The position numbers and the translations under genes were made by a program. This document shows positions 56,721 to 64,000 of a stretch of 64,000 bases of DNA, one piece after another. Numbering within the stretch: position 1 is the stretch's first letter; each line of letters starts with the position of its first letter. This stretch comes from Candidatus Thorarchaeota archaeon. GTDB taxonomy: Archaea; Asgardarchaeota; Thorarchaeia; Thorarchaeales; Thorarchaeaceae. Under the pieces are notes generated by a model. That model made no database searches, was not told the origin of the DNA, and saw only the letters and a list, made by a program, of their open reading frames with translations. Location: positions 32,001 through 96,000 of the forward strand of contig JBHLRS010000007.1 of assembly GCA_048882325.1 (NCBI GenBank). The letters are read 5' to 3'.

Positions 56721-58207
56721 GTCACAATATCAGCGCTCACCGTATTAGCACAATGATACGGAGAATCTTCCGGCAGATTCGTCGAGACCGACCAACTCTT
56801 GCGCTAATGGTTATTGCACCCCTCCTTATCACCTTCATGTGGTCATTCATTCTTTCAGGAGATGTTGCTAATGTCCCAACAGCTGTATGCATTCAAGATA
56901 CGCCACTTGAAGAGAGTCTTGGAGCCACTGTATCAACTTTATTCGAAGACAATGAGAATGTAACAGTCTTTGAAAGAGCTCGTGCAAATGTGTTTGATGA
57001 TCTTGGAGAATCGATACAAGCAGCCCTCATATTACCCATCAATTTCACAGAGGGTCTTCTAACAGGTGGAAATGTCACACTAGAACTACATGTCAATGTG
57101 ACTAGTGAGGTTGAGGCTAACTATATTCTGGCAATAATAGGAAATGTAACTACCCAAGCCGCAAGTGACGTATTCGGAAGTAGAGGTGTTGAGATACAAC
57201 GTAATATAACATTCTCAGTACCCCTTCCACCCAGTCCTTTTGACCTCTCATTCAATCTCTCACTTGTCAATGAAGATGTCGGTTTCACAACTATCATTGG
57301 AGAAATTTTCGAAGAGAACTTGTTAGAAAACGGTAATGTATCCATTACTCTATGTGACAGTCGTGATGAAGTCATTGAGTTAATCGAAAGCAGAGCAGTA
57401 GTGGCAGGACTCTATGTGGGATCCTCCTTCACACAAGCGATGATCAATGGTGACGAACAACCCATTGAACTATTCGTAAATGGCATACAGACTGTAGAAG
57501 CTGCTTCGGCACTATCGGCAGTGCAGATGTCACTCTCTGAATCAATCTCGCAAGCTTTCGGGCGTGAGAGCGAAACCAATATTGACCTTATATGGGTCTA
57601 TGGTGAAGCTGGAATGTCAACCATAGAAATCATGGGCCCAGCTATTATTGGTTTCATGAGTGTGTTCTTTGGCTTTTTGATCCCAGGAATTTTCTTCCTA
57701 CGAGAAAGGCAACAAGGGACTTTGGAGAGAATGCAGAGTACACCTTTGTCTGACCTCGAGATTGTACTGGGTTACTCAGTAGCGTTCATTGGAGTTCTCC
57801 TAGTTCAAACAATGATAATCAGTGTTGTAATAATCTATATCTCTCCAGGAATACTTTCATCCATTCTATTGTTGATTCCGCTAGTTGTTCTCCTGGCGAT
57901 AGGGTCTGTCACACTCGCACTCGCAATTTCTGTTCGGATGAAGAATGAACTTCAGGTGATACAACTCATGCTTGTATTCATCCTACCCCAGATGTTCCTA
58001 TCAGGACTCTTGTTCCCCTTGAGTCAAATGCCGTCATATATCGCATTGCTACCGTATCTCTTTCCTCTCACATACTATGTAGAAGCAGCCAGAGCAGTGG
58101 CTTTCTACAATGCATCACTTCTTGATGAAATTGTACCAGTGATAATCATGATACTGTATTGCTTACTCGGGATTCTAGCATCTGTAGTTAAACGCTCAGA
58201 CAAGTGA
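56717..58207 (+). CDS. ABC-2 type permease with duplicated extracellular domain
   Basis: RERQQGTLER, FLSGLLFP, PLTY; two similar extracytoplasmic modules. Confidence 0.9.
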   Translation: MSHNISAHRISTMIRRIFRQIRRDRPTLALMVIAPLLITFMWSFILSGDVANVPTAVCIQDTPLEESLGATVSTLFEDNENVTVFERARANVFDDLGESIQAALILPINFTEGLLTGGNVTLELHVNVTSEVEANYILAIIGNVTTQAASDVFGSRGVEIQRNITFSVPLPPSPFDLSFNLSLVNEDVGFTTIIGEIFEENLLENGNVSITLCDSRDEVIELIESRAVVAGLYVGSSFTQAMINGDEQPIELFVNGIQTVEAASALSAVQMSLSESISQAFGRESETNIDLIWVYGEAGMSTIEIMGPAIIGFMSVFFGFLIPGIFFLRERQQGTLERMQSTPLSDLEIVLGYSVAFIGVLLVQTMIISVVIIYISPGILSSILLLIPLVVLLAIGSVTLALAISVRMKNELQVIQLMLVFILPQMFLSGLLFPLSQMPSYIALLPYLFPLTYYVEAARAVAFYNASLLDEIVPVIIMILYCLLGILASVVKRSDK

Positions 58208-58228
58208 AGTATTACTCAGATTTCACTT

Positions 58229-59206
58229 TTACCGGAGCTCGGGATATGTAAACAACGCAGGCTCGCCACCTGTGTGATAAAACAGAGTTGGAGAGTCAGA
58301 TACAATATCTCCAGCCAGTGCCATTCTTATCATAGCTAGACCAGCCTTTCCGGTGTAGACAGGGTCAAGGAAGATACCTTCCATCTTGGCAAACATCTCC
58401 AAAGAGCTGACAACACCATCCTCGAGTACCGCATATCCTTTGCCGATGAAACTGTCATCCACCATGATCTTTGGAGTGAAGGAGTCTATCTCAGGGTAGG
58501 TCTCAACAGTCCTCTCAATGAGGTCCTTAACCTCCTTAGTCAGGTCCTCGGCAGACTTACTGACAGTGATTCCAACAATGTCAATATCAAGATCAAGCAT
58601 GTGTGCTCCGATAATCAACCCTGCCAGAGTCCCGCCAGTACCAGCAGCAAGAATGATTCGGTCAGGTAAGAAATCGTTCTCTTTGAACTGTTTGTTCAAC
58701 TCATCCATAGCAACAGCGTATGGGACAACTCCTACAGGCATGGCAGCACCTGCGGGGATTGCGTAAGGAGTCAGACCGAAATCAGTGAGGGTCTCCATGA
58801 TTGCGTCAAGTCGCTTATTCAGAGTGAACGCGGACTCACCAGGGAAGAACTTCAACTCAGCCCCAAGCATCCTGTCGAGCATCAAATTCCCCGTGTACTC
58901 CTCGGGTTCATCACCTCCTAGTAGAAGGATGCACCTCATGCCTCCCACTGCAGCTACAGCCGCGGTCTGTCGACAGTGATTGCTCTGGACTCCTCCAACT
59001 GTCACAAGTGTGTCGCATTTGTTTGCCTTAGCATCTCCAAGTACAAACTCCAGCTTTCTTGTCTTGTTGCCACCGAAGGTAAACCCAGTGTGATCATCTC
59101 GCTTAATCCAGAGATGATCAATTCCAATAGACTCACCAAGATTCTTCATCCTATGAAGAGGTGTCGGGAGAAAAGCTAGACGTTCCCTCGGTAGATTTTC
59201 AAACAT
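58229..59206 (-). CDS. D-cysteine desulfhydrase / ACC deaminase family PLP enzyme
   Basis: PTPL, KRDD, GGNKTRKLE, QSNH, GTGGT, LDPVYTGK, HTGG. Confidence 0.92.
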   Translation of the reverse strand: MFENLPRERLAFLPTPLHRMKNLGESIGIDHLWIKRDDHTGFTFGGNKTRKLEFVLGDAKANKCDTLVTVGGVQSNHCRQTAAVAAVGGMRCILLLGGDEPEEYTGNLMLDRMLGAELKFFPGESAFTLNKRLDAIMETLTDFGLTPYAIPAGAAMPVGVVPYAVAMDELNKQFKENDFLPDRIILAAGTGGTLAGLIIGAHMLDLDIDIVGITVSKSAEDLTKEVKDLIERTVETYPEIDSFTPKIMVDDSFIGKGYAVLEDGVVSSLEMFAKMEGIFLDPVYTGKAGLAMIRMALAGDIVSDSPTLFYHTGGEPALFTYPELR

Positions 59207-59209
59207 TGC

Positions 59210-59878
59210 TTATCCAGCTGCTCCTGTAAGGTAAGATATAATGAACATTAGAAAAGCTGTCAGAATTCCTGCGAACAATGTCCTGATACCATATGACCAC
59301 ATATTCTTCTTCGAAACTGCACCTAAGAACAAACCAAGTGCAAACAGGAGAGCCATACAGATAACTATGGCCAGGTAAAACGCAAGTTGATACCCAATAT
59401 ATCCTCCAGGCACAAAGAAGAGAGGAATAATGATGATGAAGGCAGCCATTGCTGGTGAGGCACCATCAACTATAGCTACAACCACTGAAGTGGTCCTGGT
59501 CGCTTTTGCATACATGGTATCAGTCATGTCGGTCAGCATGGCCTTACCAAGCTCATCCACCTCACGGTCTCTCTCAGCACTCTCGGTGAGGTATGATCCA
59601 CTAAACCCTGAGATTGCCATCGCTATACTTGTACCTGCGGCCGCTAGAAGTATGGCATTGAACTGGAGACTTGCTTCGGCTGGTTGAGTAGGATTGATGG
59701 TGATAAGACCACCAAGAATAAGACCTAACATCGTGAGAGCCCCATCGAAGGCATTCATTGCGAGATACCTTCTAGCAATCTCGACACCCTTAGTTAGCTC
59801 GAGTGCTCTCATAACACGTTGAATTCGCCCACCGTCCAAGGTGGGGTATTGATTGTTGTCTTCATCGGATTCGGACAC
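59210..59878 (-). CDS. VIT1/CCC1-like membrane protein (archaeal TIGR00267 type)
   Basis: RRYLAMNAFDG, AMAISG..GSYLTESAER, VDGASP. Confidence 0.8.
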   Translation of the reverse strand: MSESDEDNNQYPTLDGGRIQRVMRALELTKGVEIARRYLAMNAFDGALTMLGLILGGLITINPTQPAEASLQFNAILLAAAGTSIAMAISGFSGSYLTESAERDREVDELGKAMLTDMTDTMYAKATRTTSVVVAIVDGASPAMAAFIIIIPLFFVPGGYIGYQLAFYLAIVICMALLFALGLFLGAVSKKNMWSYGIRTLFAGILTAFLMFIISYLTGAAG

Positions 59879-59955
59879 AGAGTTCGTTACTCCATGAGTC
59901 AGATAATTGGCGTACTGACTTGAGGAGAATATAAACTAATGGTTTGAGTTTCAAA

Positions 59956-60141
59956 TCAGCCAAAGAGACCAAAGAACCATAGTCCAGTCATCAATGCTAA
60001 TAGAATCCAAACTACGAAGATCACAACAACTGCAAGAAGAAGCCACATCCAGCATTCGCAGCATCTTGAGCAACAACCTTTCTCTTGCGGTGGAGGTTGT
60101 GGTTGTCCACGATAATCCTCGGGCATTGGTATCTCTGTCAT
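59956..60141 (-). CDS. Small tail-anchored protein, Pro/Gln-rich plus Cys cluster
   Basis: MTEIPMPEDYRGQPQPPPQEKGCCSRCCECW followed by a long hydrophobic stretch. Confidence 0.65.
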   Translation of the reverse strand: MTEIPMPEDYRGQPQPPPQEKGCCSRCCECWMWLLLAVVVIFVVWILLALMTGLWFFGLFG

Positions 60142-60295
60142 ATCAATCACACAGGGCTTAGTGAGTGGGAGAAGCAAGCACATCTCTACTTATGAGGATT
60201 GTCGGTTTGTAGGCGTAGAGGTTTTAAGCACTCAAACAGAAAGTTTGTCGTGAGTCGTGCTGGATTCACAAGCACGCGTTTAGGGGTTAGGTGTT

Positions 60296-61786
60296 TTGAC
60301 CGAGGAGAAGATTGCGCTCTACACCATCTTTGACAGACCCTGGGGACTTCGCATGATAGGCGTCACCCAGATGACTTTCGGAATATTTGGTCTGTTTGCA
60401 TCAATTGGAATTATTGTAGCAACGATTTTTGGCGTACTTGGATCCATTGGATATGTATATGCATTGTTGCTGTTTGGTGGAGTTGCATTTCCATGCCTTG
60501 TAATAGGAAATAGTGTCGACGATCTCAGACGATGGGCTGTTCAAGTGCAGATCTTGTATAGTCTTATCGCTGTTGGAATCTCCGGGTATTTCATCTATGT
60601 GCAGGGAATCTCAGCCTTCTGGAATTTTCCAATATTTGGTAATGAAGACTTTGGAATTGCAATTGGGAATATCGCAGCATTCATCATTGTATCCCAGACC
60701 TTGATTTTTCTGTACCTCCTTGCCAGATGGAGCGCTGTTGCTCCTCCACCCGGAGCCACTGTAGAGAGGGATAAAGCCAAGGCTAGACTTATTCGAGCTG
60801 GCTTGATGCCATCACCGTTAGAACCAGCACTTGTTGCAAGTGATGGAACAGCTCTAACTCGAGAAGAACAGCAACGAATCCTCGATGTTAGAAAGGTAGT
60901 AACAGAGGAAGGAATGGCGGTCCTATGTTCAAACTGTAATGGAGCAACTCCATTATCGAAAGTAGAAGACAACAATACCCTTCACTGTGACTACTGTGGT
61001 GTTGTACTTGGTGTAAGTAGCGTGTTTGTACCATGTGAGAATCATGAAGAGTATTTAGCGGCGACAACCTGCAATGTTTGCGGGAATCATTTCTGTAGGC
61101 AGTGTCTTACTGTGCAAGAGCCACCTGTGGATGAGAAGTGGCAAGGATCAGCAGTTTATCTATGTAAGAATTGCTTTGAAGGAAGGTATCGACCAGCAGT
61201 CACAACCGCATCTCTTGTCATTCCAATAAATGAACTGTTCTCAACTGCAGGTAGTAGATTCTCACGAGTCGGAGAGATGTACAGCCACTTCCTTGGTGCA
61301 TATGCAAGCGGAATGAAGCATCTTTGGAGACTTCCATTGGAGCTTTTAGCAAGTATAGGAAAATCTGGAGGTGGAGGCGGAGGGGGAGACAACTGCGTTG
61401 GGGCATTGATCCTAATTGTCATCATCATCATTGCGATTCCAATTCTGGCAGGAGTCCTTATGCTTCTAGGTGCAATCATCATTATTCCAATCCTATTCTA
61501 TGTGGGACTCATTGCTGTCACTGTAGAAGCTGCAAAGATCATCAGTGGTACAGACTTCCAGTCAGTTAATAATGCCCGTGTGAAGGCTATCCACTCTCAC
61601 CGCAAACCAAAGGTTACTGAGTCAAGACTTCGACCTTCAGTTCGAGTCTGGGATGACGAGTTCAGACAGGCGTCTATACAGCACGAACGGATACGGCGCC
61701 GACTTGAGATGGAGCGTAGGGAAAGAGAACGAAGAAGACAAGCTCAACAGAAGGCTGCTTCTTTCTGGAGGACTGAATATGACTGA
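60296..61786 (+). CDS. Multi-TM protein with Zn ribbon, B-box-like finger and Arg-rich coiled tail
   Basis: CSNC..CDYC; CENH..CNVC..CRQC..CKNC; N- and C-terminal TM segments. Confidence 0.78.
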   Translation: MTEEKIALYTIFDRPWGLRMIGVTQMTFGIFGLFASIGIIVATIFGVLGSIGYVYALLLFGGVAFPCLVIGNSVDDLRRWAVQVQILYSLIAVGISGYFIYVQGISAFWNFPIFGNEDFGIAIGNIAAFIIVSQTLIFLYLLARWSAVAPPPGATVERDKAKARLIRAGLMPSPLEPALVASDGTALTREEQQRILDVRKVVTEEGMAVLCSNCNGATPLSKVEDNNTLHCDYCGVVLGVSSVFVPCENHEEYLAATTCNVCGNHFCRQCLTVQEPPVDEKWQGSAVYLCKNCFEGRYRPAVTTASLVIPINELFSTAGSRFSRVGEMYSHFLGAYASGMKHLWRLPLELLASIGKSGGGGGGGDNCVGALILIVIIIIAIPILAGVLMLLGAIIIIPILFYVGLIAVTVEAAKIISGTDFQSVNNARVKAIHSHRKPKVTESRLRPSVRVWDDEFRQASIQHERIRRRLEMERRERERRRQAQQKAASFWRTEYD

Positions 61787-62618
61787 GACCATTCAAGAGC
61801 AGATCATGTGCCCTGTCTGTGGTGGTCCTGTCAAGGTAGACCAGAAGGATAAGGTCAATCGATGTGAGTACTGTTCGAGTCCTGTTTTGGGACCAAGTCA
61901 AAGCAGGGACTGTGTCAATCACCCAGGTGTGCTGGCGAAGGAAGTCTGTCATGTCTGTGGAGACCTCGTTTGCGAGGATTGCATGCAGAAACGAGTTGGT
62001 GAGTACGGAGGAAAACTTCTCACAATTGTGAACTGCGAAAAACAGTCATGTGTTGCAGAGAGTGATTGGGCTAAACCATTGAATGAAGAGTATCAGAAAC
62101 TGGTAAACATGGAGTGGGCAGACAGAGTTGACAATGTGATACTGCGGGTCACTGGGCTCGGAGCTATCATCATGATGATCTTTGAGCTCATCTTCTTTGC
62201 TGGGATTCTATATTTCCAGTATCTGACTCCTTGGAATATGCCGCCGGTTACCCTTGATTTTCTGGGACCTGAAATCATGAGACCCGTAACAATACTGGTG
62301 TTCTCAATCTTTGGAAACCTGTTGTCAGCAATATTACTTCAATCTGCATTGCAGGTCTATGTACATGATAGACAGTTAGGCGCGGGAATCACCTTGCTTG
62401 TGATTCTTATCATTGAGGTGGCACATCTTCTCTTCAGAGGACTATTCTTTGGACTACTTACGTTGCCAAATCCAACGTTCTTACCTTTGATGATTGGAGC
62501 ATTCCTGTTGGGAACAATTCTCGTCTTCGTTGGTTCACTCATGGCAATCTTCATCGGAAACAAGAAACGAAAGCAATTGAAAGCAGCTAGAGAGAAACTC
62601 AATCTCAGCATCAAATGA
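61779..62618 (+). CDS. Zn ribbon + B-box-like finger + 4-TM protein
   Basis: Start ATG 61779 after GGAGG, overlapping the previous stop; CPVC..CEYC; CVNH..CHVC..CEDC. Confidence 0.8.
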   Translation: MTETIQEQIMCPVCGGPVKVDQKDKVNRCEYCSSPVLGPSQSRDCVNHPGVLAKEVCHVCGDLVCEDCMQKRVGEYGGKLLTIVNCEKQSCVAESDWAKPLNEEYQKLVNMEWADRVDNVILRVTGLGAIIMMIFELIFFAGILYFQYLTPWNMPPVTLDFLGPEIMRPVTILVFSIFGNLLSAILLQSALQVYVHDRQLGAGITLLVILIIEVAHLLFRGLFFGLLTLPNPTFLPLMIGAFLLGTILVFVGSLMAIFIGNKKRKQLKAAREKLNLSIK

Positions 62619-62655
62619 AGTATCAAAGGTTGTAGCCAAAGCTAAAGGTTCTCTC

Positions 62656-64000
62656 TCAGTCCGGTACTTCAAAGAGGTCAATAAACCGGAACCGGTCGAC
62701 ATCCACTAGACCAAGGTCGGTTATCTTGAGTTTCGGAATGACAGGAAGTGATAGGAATGCCATTGCCATGAAGGGTTCATCTAAGGGTGTTCCAAGTTTG
62801 TGAGCTGCTGACTTCAGTTCCTTCAGTTTCTCGCTCACATGTTCAATTGGTTGGTCAGACATTAGACCTGCTATTGGCAGTGGTAAGGACTCTGTCACCT
62901 TCCCACTCTTCGCAAGAGCGATTCCGCCCTGCATTCTAACAATCTGGATAGCTGCCTGAATAAGGTCTTGGTCATTAGTGGCAACAGCAACAATGTTATG
63001 TGAGTCATGAGCAATCGATGAAACCATGGCCCCATCAGTGAGGCCCATTCCCTTAACAAATCCCACCGATCTTGGCTCTGAGGCGTTATGACGATCAATG
63101 ATAGCGATTTTTGCTATATCGCGATCCGTGTCTGGGACAACTAAGCCATCCTCAATCTTGGGTTCTTCTATGAGTCGATTCGTGATTATCTGGTCAGGAA
63201 TCATGCCAATCACGTTCATGAGGTTTCCACGAGGCTTTACCTGGAAGTCTTCTGGTTCTAGATAGTGGATGTTAACAGACCGTCTAAGTCGAGGTTGCTG
63301 TTCGATTCCAAACTCCTGAATCATCTTTCCATTCTTTGCTACTAGAACTCCTTGTTTGTAGACCATCTCAACATTTACTTTCTCAAGTGAATCTAGTACA
63401 ACAATATCTGCATGATAACCTGGTGCCACAGCACCAATATACTGGAGGCCATAATGTCTCGCGGTTGATAATGACGCAACCTTGATTGCTAACACGGGAT
63501 CAACACCATACTTGACTGCAGCTCTTACCATACTGTCGATGTGACCCTTGGTCATCAGATCCAATGTATTTCTGTCATCAGTAACAAAACTACAGTTTTC
63601 AGCTGTGTGGGGTTCAATCAGTAAAGCCAGTGCCTCGAGATTCTTTGCTGTTGAACCTTCGCGAATGTGGATATGCATACCACGAGCTAGTTTTCGTCTA
63701 GCCTCTTCTATGTCGACAGATTCGTGTTCAGAAGTGATTCTTGCTGCAGCATACGCATTGAGATCGAGTCCCTCCAACTCCGGAGCATGACCATCAATTC
63801 GTTTTCCCATACTTAGGGCAACTCGAATCTTCTCAAGAATAGTTGGCTCTCTATAGATGACCCCAGGATAATTCATTGCTTCAGCAAGACCAAGTACGTA
63901 GTGTTCTGTCATGAGTGGTTTGATGTCTAGGAAATCGAGAGCAACTCCATTAGTTTCAAGATCTGTTGATGGAACACAAGAGGGGAGCATCATATAGAAA
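62656..64000 (-). CDS. ade: Adenine deaminase (5' part outside the window)
   Basis: PSCVP, GLAE.MNYP, DGHAP, HE, REGS, TDD, SSIAHDSHN, LPIAGLMS, LPVIP. Confidence 0.93.
   Translation of the reverse strand, partial: FYMMLPSCVPSTDLETNGVALDFLDIKPLMTEHYVLGLAEAMNYPGVIYREPTILEKIRVALSMGKRIDGHAPELEGLDLNAYAAARITSEHESVDIEEARRKLARGMHIHIREGSTAKNLEALALLIEPHTAENCSFVTDDRNTLDLMTKGHIDSMVRAAVKYGVDPVLAIKVASLSTARHYGLQYIGAVAPGYHADIVVLDSLEKVNVEMVYKQGVLVAKNGKMIQEFGIEQQPRLRRSVNIHYLEPEDFQVKPRGNLMNVIGMIPDQIITNRLIEEPKIEDGLVVPDTDRDIAKIAIIDRHNASEPRSVGFVKGMGLTDGAMVSSIAHDSHNIVAVATNDQDLIQAAIQIVRMQGGIALAKSGKVTESLPLPIAGLMSDQPIEHVSEKLKELKSAAHKLGTPLDEPFMAMAFLSLPVIPKLKITDLGLVDVDRFRFIDLFEVPD

Noticed and set aside
1-64000. CRISPR array, rRNA, tRNA, transposase or integrase
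   Set aside because: No regularly spaced repeats, no cloverleaf or T-arm consensus, and no DDE or tyrosine-recombinase motifs seen by eye.

Overview
Gene-dense (about 60 CDS) archaeal chromosomal window, most likely from an Asgard archaeon of the Thorarchaeia type. The basis is a stand-alone gelsolin-like domain, a DUF106/EMC3-family insertase, geranylgeranyl reductase, KaiC/GvpD-like ATPases, GGTGA/GGAGG ribosome-binding sites and many C-terminally anchored surface proteins; this taxonomic call is inference. I found no rRNA, tRNA, CRISPR array, integrase or transposase. Most genes are metabolic or transport (ATP-PFK, CorA, MFS, peptide-binding protein, pyroglutamyl peptidase, amidohydrolases, DDAH, D-cysteine desulfhydrase, adenine deaminase, ABC exporter, MoxR/VWA). 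Six things stand out. (1) A 6-kb signalling locus (25.8-31.8 kb) has one intact KaiC-like ATPase, a GvpD-like double-domain protein, a KaiC-like pseudo-ATPase, three stand-alone receiver domains and a TPR protein with a 4-Cys tail, but no histidine kinase in the window. (2) An adjacent ~1-kb gene-free AT-rich segment is packed with palindromes and is origin-like. (3) An RCGTKTAC motif recurs in intergenic DNA at 32-40 kb. (4) Two uncharacterised proteins carry C-terminal PIP-box (PCNA-binding) motifs, one coupled to a HEAT + winged-helix gene and one next to the gelsolin gene. (5) There are several structured-RNA candidates (26.9, 34.3, 41.1 kb). (6) There is a pair of membrane Zn-ribbon/B-box proteins next to a small Cys-cluster membrane peptide. 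All family assignments come from motif recognition by eye; no database searches were run.
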